Shown in pieces: positions 19,366-31,326 of a DNA stretch of 64,000 nt. The stretch's first letter is position 1; each line of letters starts with the position of its first letter. The stretch comes from an uncultured Gammaproteobacteria bacterium (lineage in GTDB: Bacteria > Pseudomonadota > Gammaproteobacteria > Berkiellales > Berkiellaceae). The stretch spans positions 28,912 through 92,911 of the forward strand of contig CAYNBJ010000006.1 of assembly GCA_964395835.1 (NCBI GenBank). Direction: 5' to 3'. A program made the position numbers and the translations under genes. The notes below the pieces were generated by a model. That model did not search any database, was not told the DNA's origin, and was given only the letters and a program-made list of their open reading frames with translations.

Positions 19366-20391
19366 GTGAATTCGTGGACCGACGAGCTAAAGAATCTGAT
19401 AACAAATCAAGTAGAACTTTTTGAATATTTAGAAATTTCCAAAGAAATGCTGAATCAGTTCAACTACAATCCGAAAAATTTCTCCCTGCGAGTACCAAAA
19501 AGTTTTGCAGCTCGTATGCAAAAAAACAATCTTTCCGACCCTTTATTACTTCAAATTTTACCACTCCCACAAGAAAATGATATTTCATCTGACTGCCATG
19601 TCTCCAATGACCCCTTAGAGGAAAGCCTTTTTATATCCCAAAAAGGAGTTTTAAAAAAATTCCAAAGCCGTATTTTAGTAATCACAACTCATTACTGCCC
19701 CATTCATTGTCGCTATTGCTTTCGAAGACATTTTGATTACACACAAAATCAACAAAGTTTTGAAAGAACAGAGTGGGAAAAGACGCTCTCTCTAATCAAA
19801 AATAATCTTGAAATTTTTGAAGTGATCTTTTCTGGTGGCGACCCTCTCTCCTTACCCGATAGAAAAATTGCACAAATCCTAACAGATCTCGGAGAGATAC
19901 AACACCTTCGTGTCATTCGATTCCATACTCGATTCCCTATTGTCATTCCTCAAAGATTCACTCAAGAACTTTTAGAAATTTTGAAAGAGCACCAAGAAAA
20001 ATATAAACAAAACATAGAGCTCATTTTTCATATTAATCATGCTCAAGAAATCGATACAAATTTACAAACCATTCTTTTACAATGGAAATATGCAGGATTG
20101 ACGATGCGAAATCAAGCTGTCCTTTTACGCAATATTAATGATTCTTTTGGGGCACAAAAAGATCTGGCACTGCGTTGTTATGAAAGTGGTGTATCGCCTT
20201 ACTATTTGCATCAATTTGATGAAGTCAGCGGTGCAGGGCATTTTTTTGTCCCCATTACAAAGGGATTAGAAATTATGGCCCAACTGCGTCAAGCATTACC
20301 TGGATATATGGTCCCGCTCTATGTCAAAGAAATTCCGCATGCAGGATCCAAAGTTCCTTTAGAGTCGTACCGCGATAAATTTATCCCATAG
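19366..20391 (+). CDS. epmB: EF-P beta-lysylation protein EpmB (lysine 2,3-aminomutase family, radical SAM)
   Basis: CPIHCRYCFRR radical-SAM CxxxCxxC motif, GGDPLSL, YjeK-like length, and divergent from efp as in E. coli. GTG start at 19366. Confidence 0.9.
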   Translation: MNSWTDELKNLITNQVELFEYLEISKEMLNQFNYNPKNFSLRVPKSFAARMQKNNLSDPLLLQILPLPQENDISSDCHVSNDPLEESLFISQKGVLKKFQSRILVITTHYCPIHCRYCFRRHFDYTQNQQSFERTEWEKTLSLIKNNLEIFEVIFSGGDPLSLPDRKIAQILTDLGEIQHLRVIRFHTRFPIVIPQRFTQELLEILKEHQEKYKQNIELIFHINHAQEIDTNLQTILLQWKYAGLTMRNQAVLLRNINDSFGAQKDLALRCYESGVSPYYLHQFDEVSGAGHFFVPITKGLEIMAQLRQALPGYMVPLYVKEIPHAGSKVPLESYRDKFIP

Positions 20392-21318
20392 AAAACAATA
20401 ATCATGATATCGTTGAGCAAGATCTGGTTGATTCAGCACAGCAGGCAAACCACATCCATGACTATGCCGATGATCGCAATCTTGAAAACGACAGCCATAT
20501 TGTTTCAGATCTGAAAATACGCCTCGTAGCTGAGCAACAGTTAGAGGACCGAGATCACACTGACGAATACCCGGAGAGTCGATAACACAAAAATCATCGC
20601 AACGATACAATCGAGTCACAGAAGTTGTATGGCCTCCTTTTCCGCTCTCTGACAGATCGCCAACGACTAAATTTTCTTTAGGTAATAGCGCCTGAATAAG
20701 ACTGGATTTCCCAACTCCAGAGGGCCCGATAAAAATCGATGAACGATGCTTCATGAATCCTTTTAGACAGATAAGACTCTCTTCTGCACGAGACGAACAA
20801 AAGACCACATTCAGATCTAAATGCTTTTGGTAATATGCTAATCTGGTCGTCAGGTCTGGATGCAAATCTCCTAGATCGGCTTTATTAATCAGAAAAATCG
20901 GTTTGATTTTTAGCAAAGAAAGATAGGTATGGTACTGTGCTAGAAGCTCTGGCCAAGGATCGGGCTTTTTCGCTAAAACAACAAAAGCCTGATCAATATT
21001 AGATGCCAAAATTCTTTCATGTTTTTCTTCAAGTCTCTTTAATTCTGTTTTGCGAGGACAAATTTTGTTCACTTTAAATGAGCCACTGCTATCACAAAGC
21101 ACATCAATCTCATCGCCAACTACAGGATAAAATCGCCGACTATGCTCAATTTTATAAATTTTCTCACAGCACTGAAGATCGACTGCACTGAAATGGCGAC
21201 CATGGTGCGCAATCACCTGCATTCTCAGAATCTGATCATTGTTTTGATAGTTTTTTTGCGATTGCGCTGTTTTTTGCATTCTTTGCGTTTGCTGAAAAGA
21301 AAGTTTTTTATTTTTCAT
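20359..21318 (-). CDS. rsgA: Ribosome small subunit-dependent GTPase A
   Basis: Circularly permuted GTPase: NKADL (G4) precedes [14 protein letters not shown] (G1), followed by the zinc finger [14 protein letters not shown]. Confidence 0.9.
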   Translation of the reverse strand: MKNKKLSFQQTQRMQKTAQSQKNYQNNDQILRMQVIAHHGRHFSAVDLQCCEKIYKIEHSRRFYPVVGDEIDVLCDSSGSFKVNKICPRKTELKRLEEKHERILASNIDQAFVVLAKKPDPWPELLAQYHTYLSLLKIKPIFLINKADLGDLHPDLTTRLAYYQKHLDLNVVFCSSRAEESLICLKGFMKHRSSIFIGPSGVGKSSLIQALLPKENLVVGDLSESGKGGHTTSVTRLYRCDDFCVIDSPGIRQCDLGPLTVAQLRGVFSDLKQYGCRFQDCDHRHSHGCGLPAVLNQPDLAQRYHDYCFLWDKFIAVRL

Positions 21319-23512
21319 GATGCAAGTGTACGGCCTTAATTTTAGAAGATTTTTTGAGTAACTGACCGCGTTTAATAATCAAAGTGGAGAGGGTGTCTTT
21401 AAGCAGCTTGCCTTTATGATCATAGAGCTCCACATGAGCGAACGATGTACAAAGTTGAACAGATTTGATGTTTAATGTTTTCGTTAAAGGCAAACCTGAC
21501 CCTGTGTACTTTGGAGTTAAGTCTGACAGAGCAATAAAACCATATTCCCCTTCATTCAATCCTGTAATAAAAATATAATCCTCTGCACAAACAGAATGAG
21601 CAAAAATAATCTCATCATGTTCTTGTACTTTCATCACTTGACGTCCTCGTTTAAAGGCTCCACTCTCCTGTAATTCGCAATAAAGCATTAAGCCTTTTTG
21701 AGTAATAAATACGTAATGCTTTAAAAATGGCAAAAGAAAAATTGTTTTATATCCAGATGGTAAGTTAATCAGTTCACTAATATGCTGTCCAAACTTAGAG
21801 GTCGGCAAAGAGGCAATCGGAATCGCATACATCCGCCCTTGAGAATCCAGCAAACATACTAACTCTTTCTCCAGCAACACAAGCTGTTTTGATACGCTAT
21901 CCCCTTGTCTAAGATGCGTCCCTAGATCACTGTCAGACAAACAAACACTTTGATTTTTTATCACTTTTATCCAACCCAAGGTCGATAAAATCACACACAC
22001 AGGTCGAGTCGACTCATTTTCTGTGCTCACACTAACGGGGGCTTTTAAAATGATTTTTTTCTCAAGAGTATCAACAATCACAAGAGTGCTGCGACGTTTG
22101 TCAGCGTAGGTTTTTTTCAGATCATTGAGCTGTTTGAGCATAGACTTAATTCTCAAATCTCTACGCTCAATCAGCTCTCCTAAAGAACTCATTTCTTGAT
22201 CTAATTCACGACGCTGTGCATAAATGGCATCCATAGATAATTTTGATAGATCTTTTAACTTTAGGCTTGCCAAAATATCGATCTCTTTTTGAGATAATGA
22301 AAGAACTCTACCAAGATAGACCCAAGGATCGTTTTCTTGTTTTAACGCATCAAAAATTAAATCGAGATGCTCGTAGGCAATCTGATAGACCTTCAGTTCC
22401 TGCTGTTTTTCATCGCATTTTAAATATCGACTTTGTGCCTGAGCAAGCAATGACGTCTCTCGATATTGAGTCCATTGAGAAAAAAATTCTTTCAATCCAA
22501 AACAATAGGGCAAACCCTTGTGATTGAGCGCATGAAAATAGCAACGATAATTTACCCGACAATCTGTTTTGGCATATAATACATCAACCGCAGCTTTCGC
22601 TTGAGCTGATGTTTTAAAAATTAATGAAAGACAGACAGGATGATCTTCGTCACTTTCATCAATCAATTCAAAAGGAGCTAATAAACTTTTTTCTTGAGCT
22701 AAATTCTGAATTTGTTCAATAATTTTCGTAGTGTTTGTCATGTATGGAATCGATCGAATGATTAATCGCGTCCCATCAATCACAATTGTTGCCTTCAGAA
22801 CAAAGTGTCCTTTTCCGCGAGTATAGAATCCAAACTGCTCCTCCTGAGTCATCTCCACAATGCCACCCAGTGGAAAATCAGGTCCTTGGAGCAAGGCTAT
22901 TAAATCTGCATCAGAAATTTTAGAATTTTTTAGATATGCTGTAAGAGCATCAATCACTTGACCAAGATTATGCGGTGGAATCTCTGTACTCAAACCCACT
23001 GCAATACCGCTACTTCCATTGATTAAAAGAAAAGGAAGCTGTGCTGGTAACTCAAATGGCTCTCGCATAGTTCCATCAAAATTGGAAATCCATTGAACAG
23101 ACGAATCAGAAAGTTCATCAAATAACAAGGGACTATATCGAGAAAGACGCACTTCTGTATATCGCATTGCAGCAAAAGATTTCGGATCATCAACAGAACC
23201 AAAATTTCCTTGTCCATGCACTAAAGGATAACGTATTGAAAAATCCTGAGCTAATCCAACCAAAGCCTCATATCCCGCTTGATCAGAATGCGGATGATAC
23301 TTACCTAATGCATCACCAATAGCACGAACAGATTTTTTAGGCTTAGACTGAGGCCCGAGATGCAACTCATACATTGCATATAAAATACGACGTTGCACGG
23401 GCTTCAATCCATCACTATAACGTGCAAGAGCGCGATCAAGTAAAACATAGAGAGAATAATCACGATAGGCTTGTTCTGTATATTGTGAAAGTGGTTTATA
23501 GACCAAAGTCAT
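21308..23512 (-). CDS. parC: DNA topoisomerase IV subunit A
   Basis: [13 protein letters not shown] and the AAMRYTE active-site Tyr. It is paired with a short GyrB-type subunit (parE) through an ATGA start/stop overlap at 23509-23512. The start is taken at MTLVYKPL. Confidence 0.9.
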   Translation of the reverse strand: MTLVYKPLSQYTEQAYRDYSLYVLLDRALARYSDGLKPVQRRILYAMYELHLGPQSKPKKSVRAIGDALGKYHPHSDQAGYEALVGLAQDFSIRYPLVHGQGNFGSVDDPKSFAAMRYTEVRLSRYSPLLFDELSDSSVQWISNFDGTMREPFELPAQLPFLLINGSSGIAVGLSTEIPPHNLGQVIDALTAYLKNSKISDADLIALLQGPDFPLGGIVEMTQEEQFGFYTRGKGHFVLKATIVIDGTRLIIRSIPYMTNTTKIIEQIQNLAQEKSLLAPFELIDESDEDHPVCLSLIFKTSAQAKAAVDVLYAKTDCRVNYRCYFHALNHKGLPYCFGLKEFFSQWTQYRETSLLAQAQSRYLKCDEKQQELKVYQIAYEHLDLIFDALKQENDPWVYLGRVLSLSQKEIDILASLKLKDLSKLSMDAIYAQRRELDQEMSSLGELIERRDLRIKSMLKQLNDLKKTYADKRRSTLVIVDTLEKKIILKAPVSVSTENESTRPVCVILSTLGWIKVIKNQSVCLSDSDLGTHLRQGDSVSKQLVLLEKELVCLLDSQGRMYAIPIASLPTSKFGQHISELINLPSGYKTIFLLPFLKHYVFITQKGLMLYCELQESGAFKRGRQVMKVQEHDEIIFAHSVCAEDYIFITGLNEGEYGFIALSDLTPKYTGSGLPLTKTLNIKSVQLCTSFAHVELYDHKGKLLKDTLSTLIIKRGQLLKKSSKIKAVHLHHEK

Positions 23513-25368
23513 AAATGTTGCTCCGATTCTGAACTTTCCAGCCATTTTTTTCTGTCTGCAGCTCGGCTTTTTGACATAAATAAATCCAAATATTGTTCAG
23601 CAAGCTCATCGTATGATAACTGTATCAATATTCGACGCTGCGGATTCAAAGTTGTATCTTTCAACTGACTGGGATTCATTTCACCTAGTCCCTTAAATCT
23701 CAAAACGGTATAATTTTTCCCTTTATAACGCGCAAGAATCTCTTCTTGCTCATGTAAAGTCCGCGCATAAAAATGCTCTTTTCCAATATCAATTCTATAC
23801 AATGGAGGCTGTGCTACGTATAAATGCCCTTGACGAACTAACGCTGGAAAATGTTTCACAAACAAGGCACAGAGTAATGTCACAATATGTGATCCATCAG
23901 AGTCCGCATCAGAAAGCAAACAAATTCGATTATATCTTAGCCGCGAAAGATCATCACTCATCGGCTCAATACCTAAAGTCGCCATAATATCTTGCACTTC
24001 TTGAGATTCACAAGCTTTATGTGACTTGAGCTCCCATGTATTGAGCACCTTCCCTCGCAGAGGTAAAATAGCCTGTGTTTCTTTGTCGCGTGCCTGCTTT
24101 GCTGAGCTACCCGCAGAATCTCCTTCAACTAAATACAATTCTCGATCATAAAAGTTTTTGGAAGTGCAATCTGAGAGTTTAGCTGGCAGCTTTGCGCTAT
24201 TTGTTTTTTTTATCGATTTAATCTGAGCGGATAATAAGCGCTGTTGCTGGCGCGCATCAATCCATTCCATCAGTTTTTGAGCCTCGTCATAGTGTGAAAA
24301 CAGCCATGCTAAAAAGGCATTTTTTATAGCCGTTCCTATAATAGAGGACTGCGCCAAAGATCCTAGCTTTTCTTTAGTCTGACCTTGGAAATTTGGATCG
24401 TGGATTTTTAAGGACAAAATCCAATTCATGCCGGCACTCATATCTTCAATAATAATCTTATCTTTCAGACTCTTAGAAAGGTTTTTTGTGTAGTCTTTTA
24501 AGGCTTCTAATAATCCAGATTTCAGCATTTGCACATGAGCACCACCGTGCACCGTGGGAATCAGATTCACAAAAGATTCATCTATAATTACATCCTGTGC
24601 CCAAACTAAAGCTATGTGGATTTCATAATCATCTTGCCGACGATAATAAATCCATGGCTTTTTCCACAAGGGCTCGCTGAAATTCAAAGAACACATATAT
24701 CCTTCAAGCCCGCCTGGATAACACCAAGTCTGCACAAAATCTTGATCAATCAATTTTAAAGTTAAATTCGGACAAAGCAGTGCTTTCGTACGCAAAATCT
24801 TTTTGACTCTATCAAGAGAAATTTGATTCTTTTCAAAATACTGAGGATTCGGATAAGCAAACACAATAGTGCCGCTTTTTAACTCTTTTGTATGACCTGA
24901 TTTTTTCAAATCTGACACACAAACGCCATCTCGATATTGTGTTTCATAAATTTTATGATCTTTAATCACTTGCACTGATAATTCTTGCGATAGAGCATTC
25001 ACGACAGAAATGCCTACCCCATGCAAGCCCCCAGAAAAATCATACGCATTTTTTGAAAATTTCGCTCCAGAATGCAGAGTGCTCAGTATCAAATCTATTG
25101 CAGGTTTCTTGTGAATCGGATGGATATCAATCGGCATACCGCGACCATTATCAGCGACACTGAAAGCTTTTTGATCGTCATGCAAAGTCACTACAATTTC
25201 AGATGCATAACCTGATAAGGCCTCATCTACGCTATTGTCTATCAGCTCTTGTAGTAAATGTAATGGCGATGCAGTATCTGTATACATTCCGGGTCGACGA
25301 CGAACAGGCTCCAGCCCTTCCAGAACTTCTATATGCTGCGCACTGTAACTGCTCTCTTTTTTTTTCAT
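23509..25368 (-). CDS. parE: DNA topoisomerase IV subunit B
   Basis: GHKL ATPase ([16 protein letters not shown]) and Toprim ([22 protein letters not shown]). At 619 aa it lacks the long insertion found in gammaproteobacterial GyrB. Confidence 0.9.
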   Translation of the reverse strand: MKKKESSYSAQHIEVLEGLEPVRRRPGMYTDTASPLHLLQELIDNSVDEALSGYASEIVVTLHDDQKAFSVADNGRGMPIDIHPIHKKPAIDLILSTLHSGAKFSKNAYDFSGGLHGVGISVVNALSQELSVQVIKDHKIYETQYRDGVCVSDLKKSGHTKELKSGTIVFAYPNPQYFEKNQISLDRVKKILRTKALLCPNLTLKLIDQDFVQTWCYPGGLEGYMCSLNFSEPLWKKPWIYYRRQDDYEIHIALVWAQDVIIDESFVNLIPTVHGGAHVQMLKSGLLEALKDYTKNLSKSLKDKIIIEDMSAGMNWILSLKIHDPNFQGQTKEKLGSLAQSSIIGTAIKNAFLAWLFSHYDEAQKLMEWIDARQQQRLLSAQIKSIKKTNSAKLPAKLSDCTSKNFYDRELYLVEGDSAGSSAKQARDKETQAILPLRGKVLNTWELKSHKACESQEVQDIMATLGIEPMSDDLSRLRYNRICLLSDADSDGSHIVTLLCALFVKHFPALVRQGHLYVAQPPLYRIDIGKEHFYARTLHEQEEILARYKGKNYTVLRFKGLGEMNPSQLKDTTLNPQRRILIQLSYDELAEQYLDLFMSKSRAADRKKWLESSESEQHL

Positions 25369-26075
25369 GCTTGACCTTTTTGTTTACATTGCTCGAGATA
25401 GTACATGTAAGTTTCATAAATAGAGCTAAACACAATAATAGAAATGAGATACCCTTTTTGACAATCGAGCCCCATACTTTGAAGTACCAAATAGGCTCCA
25501 ATCAAAAAAACAAAAAATAGGCCCAAGATATTGAGCCTCCATGATTTTTCCGTATATGAAATCACGATATCACAAGAGAAATACATAAAAATCATACTCA
25601 ACGCGATCGATGGTATAATAATAAAAACATTTTCCGTAAAAGCAATTGCCACAAGAACCGAATCGATTGCAAAAACAAGATCAATGAAAATAATCTGTAC
25701 GATTGTTCTCAATACATTCGATTTTTCATGAAGATCGCAATCGTGCCTAACAGGCTCATTCAAAGAGTGTTGATGCTGATACAATTCTTGGGTCGATCTA
25801 AAAATTAAAAAAAGACCGCCCAAACAAACAAAAAGTTGCTCAAAAGAAATCTTAAGAGATCCTGCCGAAACGGCGTATGAGATATGTTTGAGATGCAAAG
25901 CAATCGCGACACATATAATTCTTGCGACAAAAGCACCGCAAAGCCCAATCACTTTTGCCTGCTTTCTTTCAGACTCTGGCGCACCTCGCACTAACATCGA
26001 AAATGATAATACATTATCAATTCCCAAAATGATTTCCAAAAAACACAAGGTTAGAAAAAGCGTTAACCAGTCCAT
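25365..26075 (-). CDS. TerC family integral membrane protein
   Basis: Polytopic membrane protein with the duplicated TerC-type motifs LGIDNVLSF and FAIDSVLVA. 4-nt overlap with the parE start. Confidence 0.75.
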   Translation of the reverse strand: MDWLTLFLTLCFLEIILGIDNVLSFSMLVRGAPESERKQAKVIGLCGAFVARIICVAIALHLKHISYAVSAGSLKISFEQLFVCLGGLFLIFRSTQELYQHQHSLNEPVRHDCDLHEKSNVLRTIVQIIFIDLVFAIDSVLVAIAFTENVFIIIPSIALSMIFMYFSCDIVISYTEKSWRLNILGLFFVFLIGAYLVLQSMGLDCQKGYLISIIVFSSIYETYMYYLEQCKQKGQA

Positions 26076-26122
26076 ACAATCACAACCAATTCTCTTAAAA
26101 AATTATAGCATTTTGATGATAG

Positions 26123-26830
26123 TTATTTGGCACTCAGACCTTTATATCGCTCATAACAAATAATCGATGCACACACTGCTGCATTCAGACTTTGTATACG
26201 CTGATTATTCATGGGTAAAAAAACCAAATGATCACACAATTGCTCAACGCCATGCGATAGACCAGCGCCCTCTTCACCAATGACAATAGCACTTTTAGGC
26301 CAAAAAACGCTCTGTGAAAAAAGCTCTGATTGCCCTTGCTTCAAAGATGTGCCGATCAATCCGAAGCCTGCATCTTTGGCATAGCGCAATTGCTGATTCA
26401 ACGAAGAAGTATAAATAACCGGAATTTCAAAAAGTGCTCCACTCGATGCATGTGCTACAGCAGGCGTGATAGGGCATCCATGATTTTTTGGTAAACACAC
26501 AGCATCCACGCCAAATGCGACAGCGTGTCGCAAAATACTCCCTACATTCATAGGATCGCTGAGACGATCTAAAAATAAGATTGTCTTCCACTCTTGCATC
26601 TCGCATTCAGATAAATTGGCTGCTAAATTGAGACGTAAAGTTATCTCAATTCCTTGATGCTTATACTGAGAAGGCAAATCGCCTATCTTGCAAATTTCTA
26701 TCAATTTTTTAGAAACAGCGGAGAACAGGTGGCTCTGCTCCTGTGTACAGCGAATATGATCGATCTGCACATATGGTGACCGCAAAGCATGTTCCGCACA
26801 ATGCTTGCCGTAAATACTGATTTTTTGCAC
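26123..26830 (-). CDS. rlmB: 23S rRNA (guanosine-2'-O-)-methyltransferase RlmB (SpoU/TrmH family)
   Basis: SpoU motifs DPMNVGSILRHA, VIGEEGAGLS and LPMNNQRIQSLNAAVCASII. Immediately downstream of rnr as in E. coli. Confidence 0.85.
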   Translation of the reverse strand: MQKISIYGKHCAEHALRSPYVQIDHIRCTQEQSHLFSAVSKKLIEICKIGDLPSQYKHQGIEITLRLNLAANLSECEMQEWKTILFLDRLSDPMNVGSILRHAVAFGVDAVCLPKNHGCPITPAVAHASSGALFEIPVIYTSSLNQQLRYAKDAGFGLIGTSLKQGQSELFSQSVFWPKSAIVIGEEGAGLSHGVEQLCDHLVFLPMNNQRIQSLNAAVCASIICYERYKGLSAK

Positions 26831-26841
26831 CTTTTTTATCC

Positions 26842-28971
26842 TTAAATTACTGGCTCAAAGTGAACACGATATGTTTCCAAATCTACCGTTTTCACGCGCA
26901 CTTTCAGACTATCTCCAATTCTCCACTCTTTAGTACCAGACTGATCACTGATCACAACGGACCGTTGCGCATCATAAGTCCAATATCCTGGACCAAGTAA
27001 AGACACATGTATCAGCCCATCAATAGCATAGTCTTCGACTTCAACAAAAACTCCAAAAGAAGAGAGACCGCTGACAAAGGCATCTAAAGGAGCAGAATCT
27101 AAAGTCAGAGCATAACGAGCTTTAAGAATTTGCTGATAATATCGCTCTGACTCTTCTGCACGGCGTTCAAGATAATTCACACGATCAAGGGCTTTTTTCA
27201 CAGCCTGCTCAGACATTTGGCCCTTTTTTTTGCCTAAAATTGTATAAATCAATCGATGGACGACTAAATCAGGATAGCGCCGAATTGGTGAAGTAAAGTG
27301 CGTATATAAATCAAAATTCAATCCAAAATGTCGATCTGGCTGAATATGATAACCAGCTCTTTGCATGATTCTCGTCATCAAACCTGCTAAGCGAGGATGA
27401 TTATTTTGCAAAAACAATGAGGCTTCGCTAATTTTTTCTAAGGTATAAGGTGCTGTAATTTCATGCCCCAAGCCTTTCAGAGTCATATTTAATAATTGAA
27501 CTTTATTCTCTGCAGGACTATCGTGAATCCTATAGACCCCAATGGATGAATGCTCTTTGATAAAAAGCGCTGCACTTTCGTTTGCAGCCAACATCATTTC
27601 TTCAATCAAATGATGTGATTCCAAATTTTCAACTTTTGAGATCCCCAGAACACGCTCATTTTCCCCAAGATCGAAATGTAAAGCTTGCTGAGAAAACGCA
27701 ATAGAACCGCGTTTTTGTCGCGATTCTTTGAGTATTGCATAGGCATCCCATAAATCTGCAATATTACGCTTTAAAGACATAGGAATATCGCGTCTTTGAA
27801 CTTGATCATATGTCAAACGCGCTTGAGAACAAATAATTCCAGGATAAAATTTATAAGATAAACGCTCTGCATTAGAAGAAAAATGCATCTGGCATACTAA
27901 GGCGTATCGTAAAACATCTGGTTTCAAAGAACACAGATCGTTTGATAAGACCTCTGGTAACATCGGGATCACATATCTCGGAAAATACACAGAAACACCA
28001 CGTACAGCAGCCTCTTTATCAATAGCAGAGCCTGGCTGCACATAATGAGCAACATCCGCAATGGCGACATAGAGATCAAAAGAACGATCTTCATGAAATT
28101 GCACATAAACAGCATCATCAAAATCTTTTGCAGTAATGCCATCGATTGTCACAAATGGTAGCTCAGTCAAATCGACTCTATCAGAGGTGATAGAAATAAT
28201 GGCGGCCTCTAAATCTCTGGTTTCTTTATCTACAGATTGCGGCCATGTCCAAGCTAAATTATACTTTGTAATCACTTCATGGATGCCTTTTGGAACACTT
28301 TGAAAATCCATAATTTCTGACAAAATATAAGGGCCTGTGGCTTGTCTATCAATTCTGACATAGACCTTCATGCCTGTATTATATTCTTTTTTCTGTAAGC
28401 TTTTTGCACTCAGAATTTCTCCTTTATAAACCCCCTCGCAAACCTCTACAGCAAATGCATATCCAGCTGGCAAAAGATAATCTTTTGCATTTTTGATATA
28501 TCCTATTGCGTAAACAGTGATCGGCTCTTTTAGCTCTTTTAAAACCACTGTCTGTAAATGGGTGATTAAAGAAAAAATACCACAATCCCCAGAAAATAAA
28601 GCTTCAGGCTGCACGGCTGAGAGTAAATACTCCACAGGTTGAACATTGTCTTGTCCATCAACCACGAGATAGAGATCGTTCTCTTTTTCGACTACGGTCC
28701 CTTCAAGACAAGGCCAATATGACAATACGCTCAGCTGATCATCATGCTCAATCAATTGCGCATCACGAATCATTGCTTTAATTCTGTAATCAAAAGCTTG
28801 CTGTTTTTTAGCACTTTCAGAATAAAAATTTGAAAAAGCATCTCTAGGAACAAGACCTTTATTGTGCTCAATCAAAAGCACAATAGCTTCGCGTGAATAA
28901 ACCGGATCATCATAATGACCCCTTTCGCGATCTAAAAATGGATCAATAAAATTACTTGGAATTTGAATCAT
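26842..28971 (-). CDS. rnr: Ribonuclease R
   Basis: RNB domain motifs (ITAKDFDDAVYV, HFGLNFDLYTHFTSPIRRYPDLVVHR) and a C-terminal S1 domain (AFVSGLSSFGVFVEV). Confidence 0.92.
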   Translation of the reverse strand: MIQIPSNFIDPFLDRERGHYDDPVYSREAIVLLIEHNKGLVPRDAFSNFYSESAKKQQAFDYRIKAMIRDAQLIEHDDQLSVLSYWPCLEGTVVEKENDLYLVVDGQDNVQPVEYLLSAVQPEALFSGDCGIFSLITHLQTVVLKELKEPITVYAIGYIKNAKDYLLPAGYAFAVEVCEGVYKGEILSAKSLQKKEYNTGMKVYVRIDRQATGPYILSEIMDFQSVPKGIHEVITKYNLAWTWPQSVDKETRDLEAAIISITSDRVDLTELPFVTIDGITAKDFDDAVYVQFHEDRSFDLYVAIADVAHYVQPGSAIDKEAAVRGVSVYFPRYVIPMLPEVLSNDLCSLKPDVLRYALVCQMHFSSNAERLSYKFYPGIICSQARLTYDQVQRRDIPMSLKRNIADLWDAYAILKESRQKRGSIAFSQQALHFDLGENERVLGISKVENLESHHLIEEMMLAANESAALFIKEHSSIGVYRIHDSPAENKVQLLNMTLKGLGHEITAPYTLEKISEASLFLQNNHPRLAGLMTRIMQRAGYHIQPDRHFGLNFDLYTHFTSPIRRYPDLVVHRLIYTILGKKKGQMSEQAVKKALDRVNYLERRAEESERYYQQILKARYALTLDSAPLDAFVSGLSSFGVFVEVEDYAIDGLIHVSLLGPGYWTYDAQRSVVISDQSGTKEWRIGDSLKVRVKTVDLETYRVHFEPVI

Positions 28972-29876
28972 GATTTCTCTCTTTGTTGAAAATGATCAAA
29001 TAATGTCGACTGTGTACTCAAAATCACCTGATCACCCGGTTTGAAAATCTCTTCATAACTTTTGAGGCTTTCATAAAAATTATAAAAATGTGGATATTTT
29101 GAAAATACATTTGCATAAATTTTGGATGCTGTTGCATCAGCTTCTCCGCGCATTTTCAACGCATCACTGGCAGCCTGTGTCTGCATGTATTGTGCTTCAT
29201 AATCAGTTTGGGCACGAATTTTTTCCGATCGCTCCAATCCGCGTGCACGATGTATTGCGGCACTTTTTTGACGCTCTGTCTTCATTCGATTATAAATTTT
29301 TTCACTCACATCATCAGGAAGTTCAATCTTTTTTAAACGAAAGTCAATTAGGCGAATTCCTAGACCTTCTAAGCTCGGAGAAATGATATCAGCAAAGGTC
29401 CTCATGATTTCTTTTCTGTCTTCAGAAATTAAACGAGATAAAGAACGATGCCCAAATTGCTCTAACACAGCATTACGAACTTTTTGTTTTAATAAAATTT
29501 CAACATGCCGCTTTGCATCAGGCCATGTGCGCTGCCCACTTGCTGCATTAGCTCTAAAAAACACAGCATAATCAGAAACTTGCCACTGCACATAGAAATC
29601 AACAAGCAAATACAGTTGCTCGACTGTTTGAACTCGATCAGAATCAGTCACCCAAAGTTGATAACGAGAATCTAGATAATAAGGACTTTCTATAAAAGGA
29701 ATCTTGAAATGAAGTCCAGGTTCATAAATTTGTACCTGATGCTGTGCATGCTGTCGTAAGCTCCCTAGTCTTAACAGCATCGCTTTTTGACCCTCTTGCA
29801 CAATAAAAAGACACTGCGTTCCTAAGCCTACTAAAAACAAGATAAAAACAAACAAATAACTCACAAAATTACGCAT
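28968..29876 (-). CDS. hflC: Protease modulator HflC (SPFH/band 7)
   Basis: N-terminal transmembrane segment then a band-7 domain. It follows hflK. The start is taken at MRNFVSY (29876). The upstream ATG at 29894 would overlap hflK by 14 nt. Confidence 0.88.
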   Translation of the reverse strand: MRNFVSYLFVFILFLVGLGTQCLFIVQEGQKAMLLRLGSLRQHAQHQVQIYEPGLHFKIPFIESPYYLDSRYQLWVTDSDRVQTVEQLYLLVDFYVQWQVSDYAVFFRANAASGQRTWPDAKRHVEILLKQKVRNAVLEQFGHRSLSRLISEDRKEIMRTFADIISPSLEGLGIRLIDFRLKKIELPDDVSEKIYNRMKTERQKSAAIHRARGLERSEKIRAQTDYEAQYMQTQAASDALKMRGEADATASKIYANVFSKYPHFYNFYESLKSYEEIFKPGDQVILSTQSTLFDHFQQREKS

Positions 29877-29880
29877 ATCC

Positions 29881-30927
29881 TCAGTCCTTAGCATGTCCGT
29901 GATGATCAGCCACTCCAGATGAACTTATCCCCTTCAAAGCTGTATTTTTATGCTGCTCATTCATTAAAATGATTTGAGAGCCCAGGTGATCATCCACAAG
30001 AATTTTATTCACATCAGATAAAACTTGCTTCATTGTGTCATAATACATTTTTTTACGAACAATATCAGAGCACTCTTTCTCTGTAAGCGCTATTTGCTCA
30101 AAAGCTTGAGCATGCGCTTTTGCTTTTTCTACACGCTGATCATAGTAAGCTTGAGCCTCTAAACGCACTCTTTGTGCCGCTGCAGTAGCCTGAGGGATCT
30201 GACTTTCACGATATCTTAAGGCTTCATTCTGATACGTTTGCTCATCTTCAATCGCTTTTATCACATCATTAAAAGCCGCTTGAACAGGCTCTGGAGGTAA
30301 AACATATGCTAAATTGACATCAATCACTTCAAGACCTATCGCATAGGCATCTAAAGAGGATTGAATTTGCATTTGAATATTAGAAGTGATTTTCTGTTTC
30401 TCAGAAGTCAGAATATTATCTAAAGAAGAATGACCGATTGCATCTCTAATCGAGCTTTCTACGAGCTGATGCAAAATAGAAACAGGATTTTGACTTGCAA
30501 ACAAATATTGCTCTATATGATTTTTGCGATACTGAATCTCAAACCCAACAGAAATCATATTCTGATCTTCTGTCAACATCATATTTTCCTTCTTAAAAGA
30601 ATATATGGCTTTTGTATCCACAATAAATACTTTATCAAGTCCGCGCGCTCTCCAAAAAAGGCCTGGTTCTTTTTCTTGATACTTTTGACCAAACCGCAAT
30701 ACCAGCGCCTGCTGTGATTCCCGAATAATATAAAATCCAGACAAACAGTACACAATAATCAAAAACAGTAGGCCAAACATCACCCAACCGGTATTTTTAG
30801 AACCACTGATATTGTTTCCAGGTTGCTTCTTATTTGAAAAAAGATTTGTAAACAAGGCCAGCAGATCAGGCGGTCCTTGCTCACTGTTTTCTCGTTTCCA
30901 TTCCTGTTTTTCAGGATCCCACTTCAT
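29881..30927 (-). CDS. hflK: Protease modulator HflK (SPFH/band 7)
   Basis: 348 aa with an N-terminal GPPDL...transmembrane segment, a band-7 domain (RESQQALVLRFGQ..) and a C-terminal coiled coil. Confidence 0.9.
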   Translation of the reverse strand: MKWDPEKQEWKRENSEQGPPDLLALFTNLFSNKKQPGNNISGSKNTGWVMFGLLFLIIVYCLSGFYIIRESQQALVLRFGQKYQEKEPGLFWRARGLDKVFIVDTKAIYSFKKENMMLTEDQNMISVGFEIQYRKNHIEQYLFASQNPVSILHQLVESSIRDAIGHSSLDNILTSEKQKITSNIQMQIQSSLDAYAIGLEVIDVNLAYVLPPEPVQAAFNDVIKAIEDEQTYQNEALRYRESQIPQATAAAQRVRLEAQAYYDQRVEKAKAHAQAFEQIALTEKECSDIVRKKMYYDTMKQVLSDVNKILVDDHLGSQIILMNEQHKNTALKGISSSGVADHHGHAKD

Positions 30928-30945
30928 GCCTTGCTCCTATCAGAC

Positions 30946-31257
30946 TTAATCAGAAAGCGCATCATTCACTAGATCGTCAATAGACTCAATATTATTTTCA
31001 ATATCTTGTTGATTATCATGACGAGGATCAAGTTGAAAGGCTTGTTTGGAAATATTTTTAGAAGGAACGATAGTGGATATCGCATGTTTATAAACAATTT
31101 GAGAAACGTTATTTTTCAGCATAATAACAAATTGATCAAAAGATTCTACAACACCTTGTAGCTTAATCCCATTAATAAGATAGATAGAAACAGGGATCTT
31201 TTCGCGACGTACACCATTGAGAAATGGTTCTTGTAAAGAATAAGAATTTTTTGACAT
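30946..31257 (-). CDS. hfq: RNA chaperone Hfq
   Basis: [55 protein letters not shown] (Sm1/Sm2 motifs), followed by an acidic C-terminal tail. Confidence 0.95.
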   Translation of the reverse strand: MSKNSYSLQEPFLNGVRREKIPVSIYLINGIKLQGVVESFDQFVIMLKNNVSQIVYKHAISTIVPSKNISKQAFQLDPRHDNQQDIENNIESIDDLVNDALSD

Positions 31258-31326
31258 AAAAGTGTGTCCCTTAAAATAAATAGAACTTATGTTTTATCGC
31301 AGTACCTGCAAAACTTCTCTAATACA

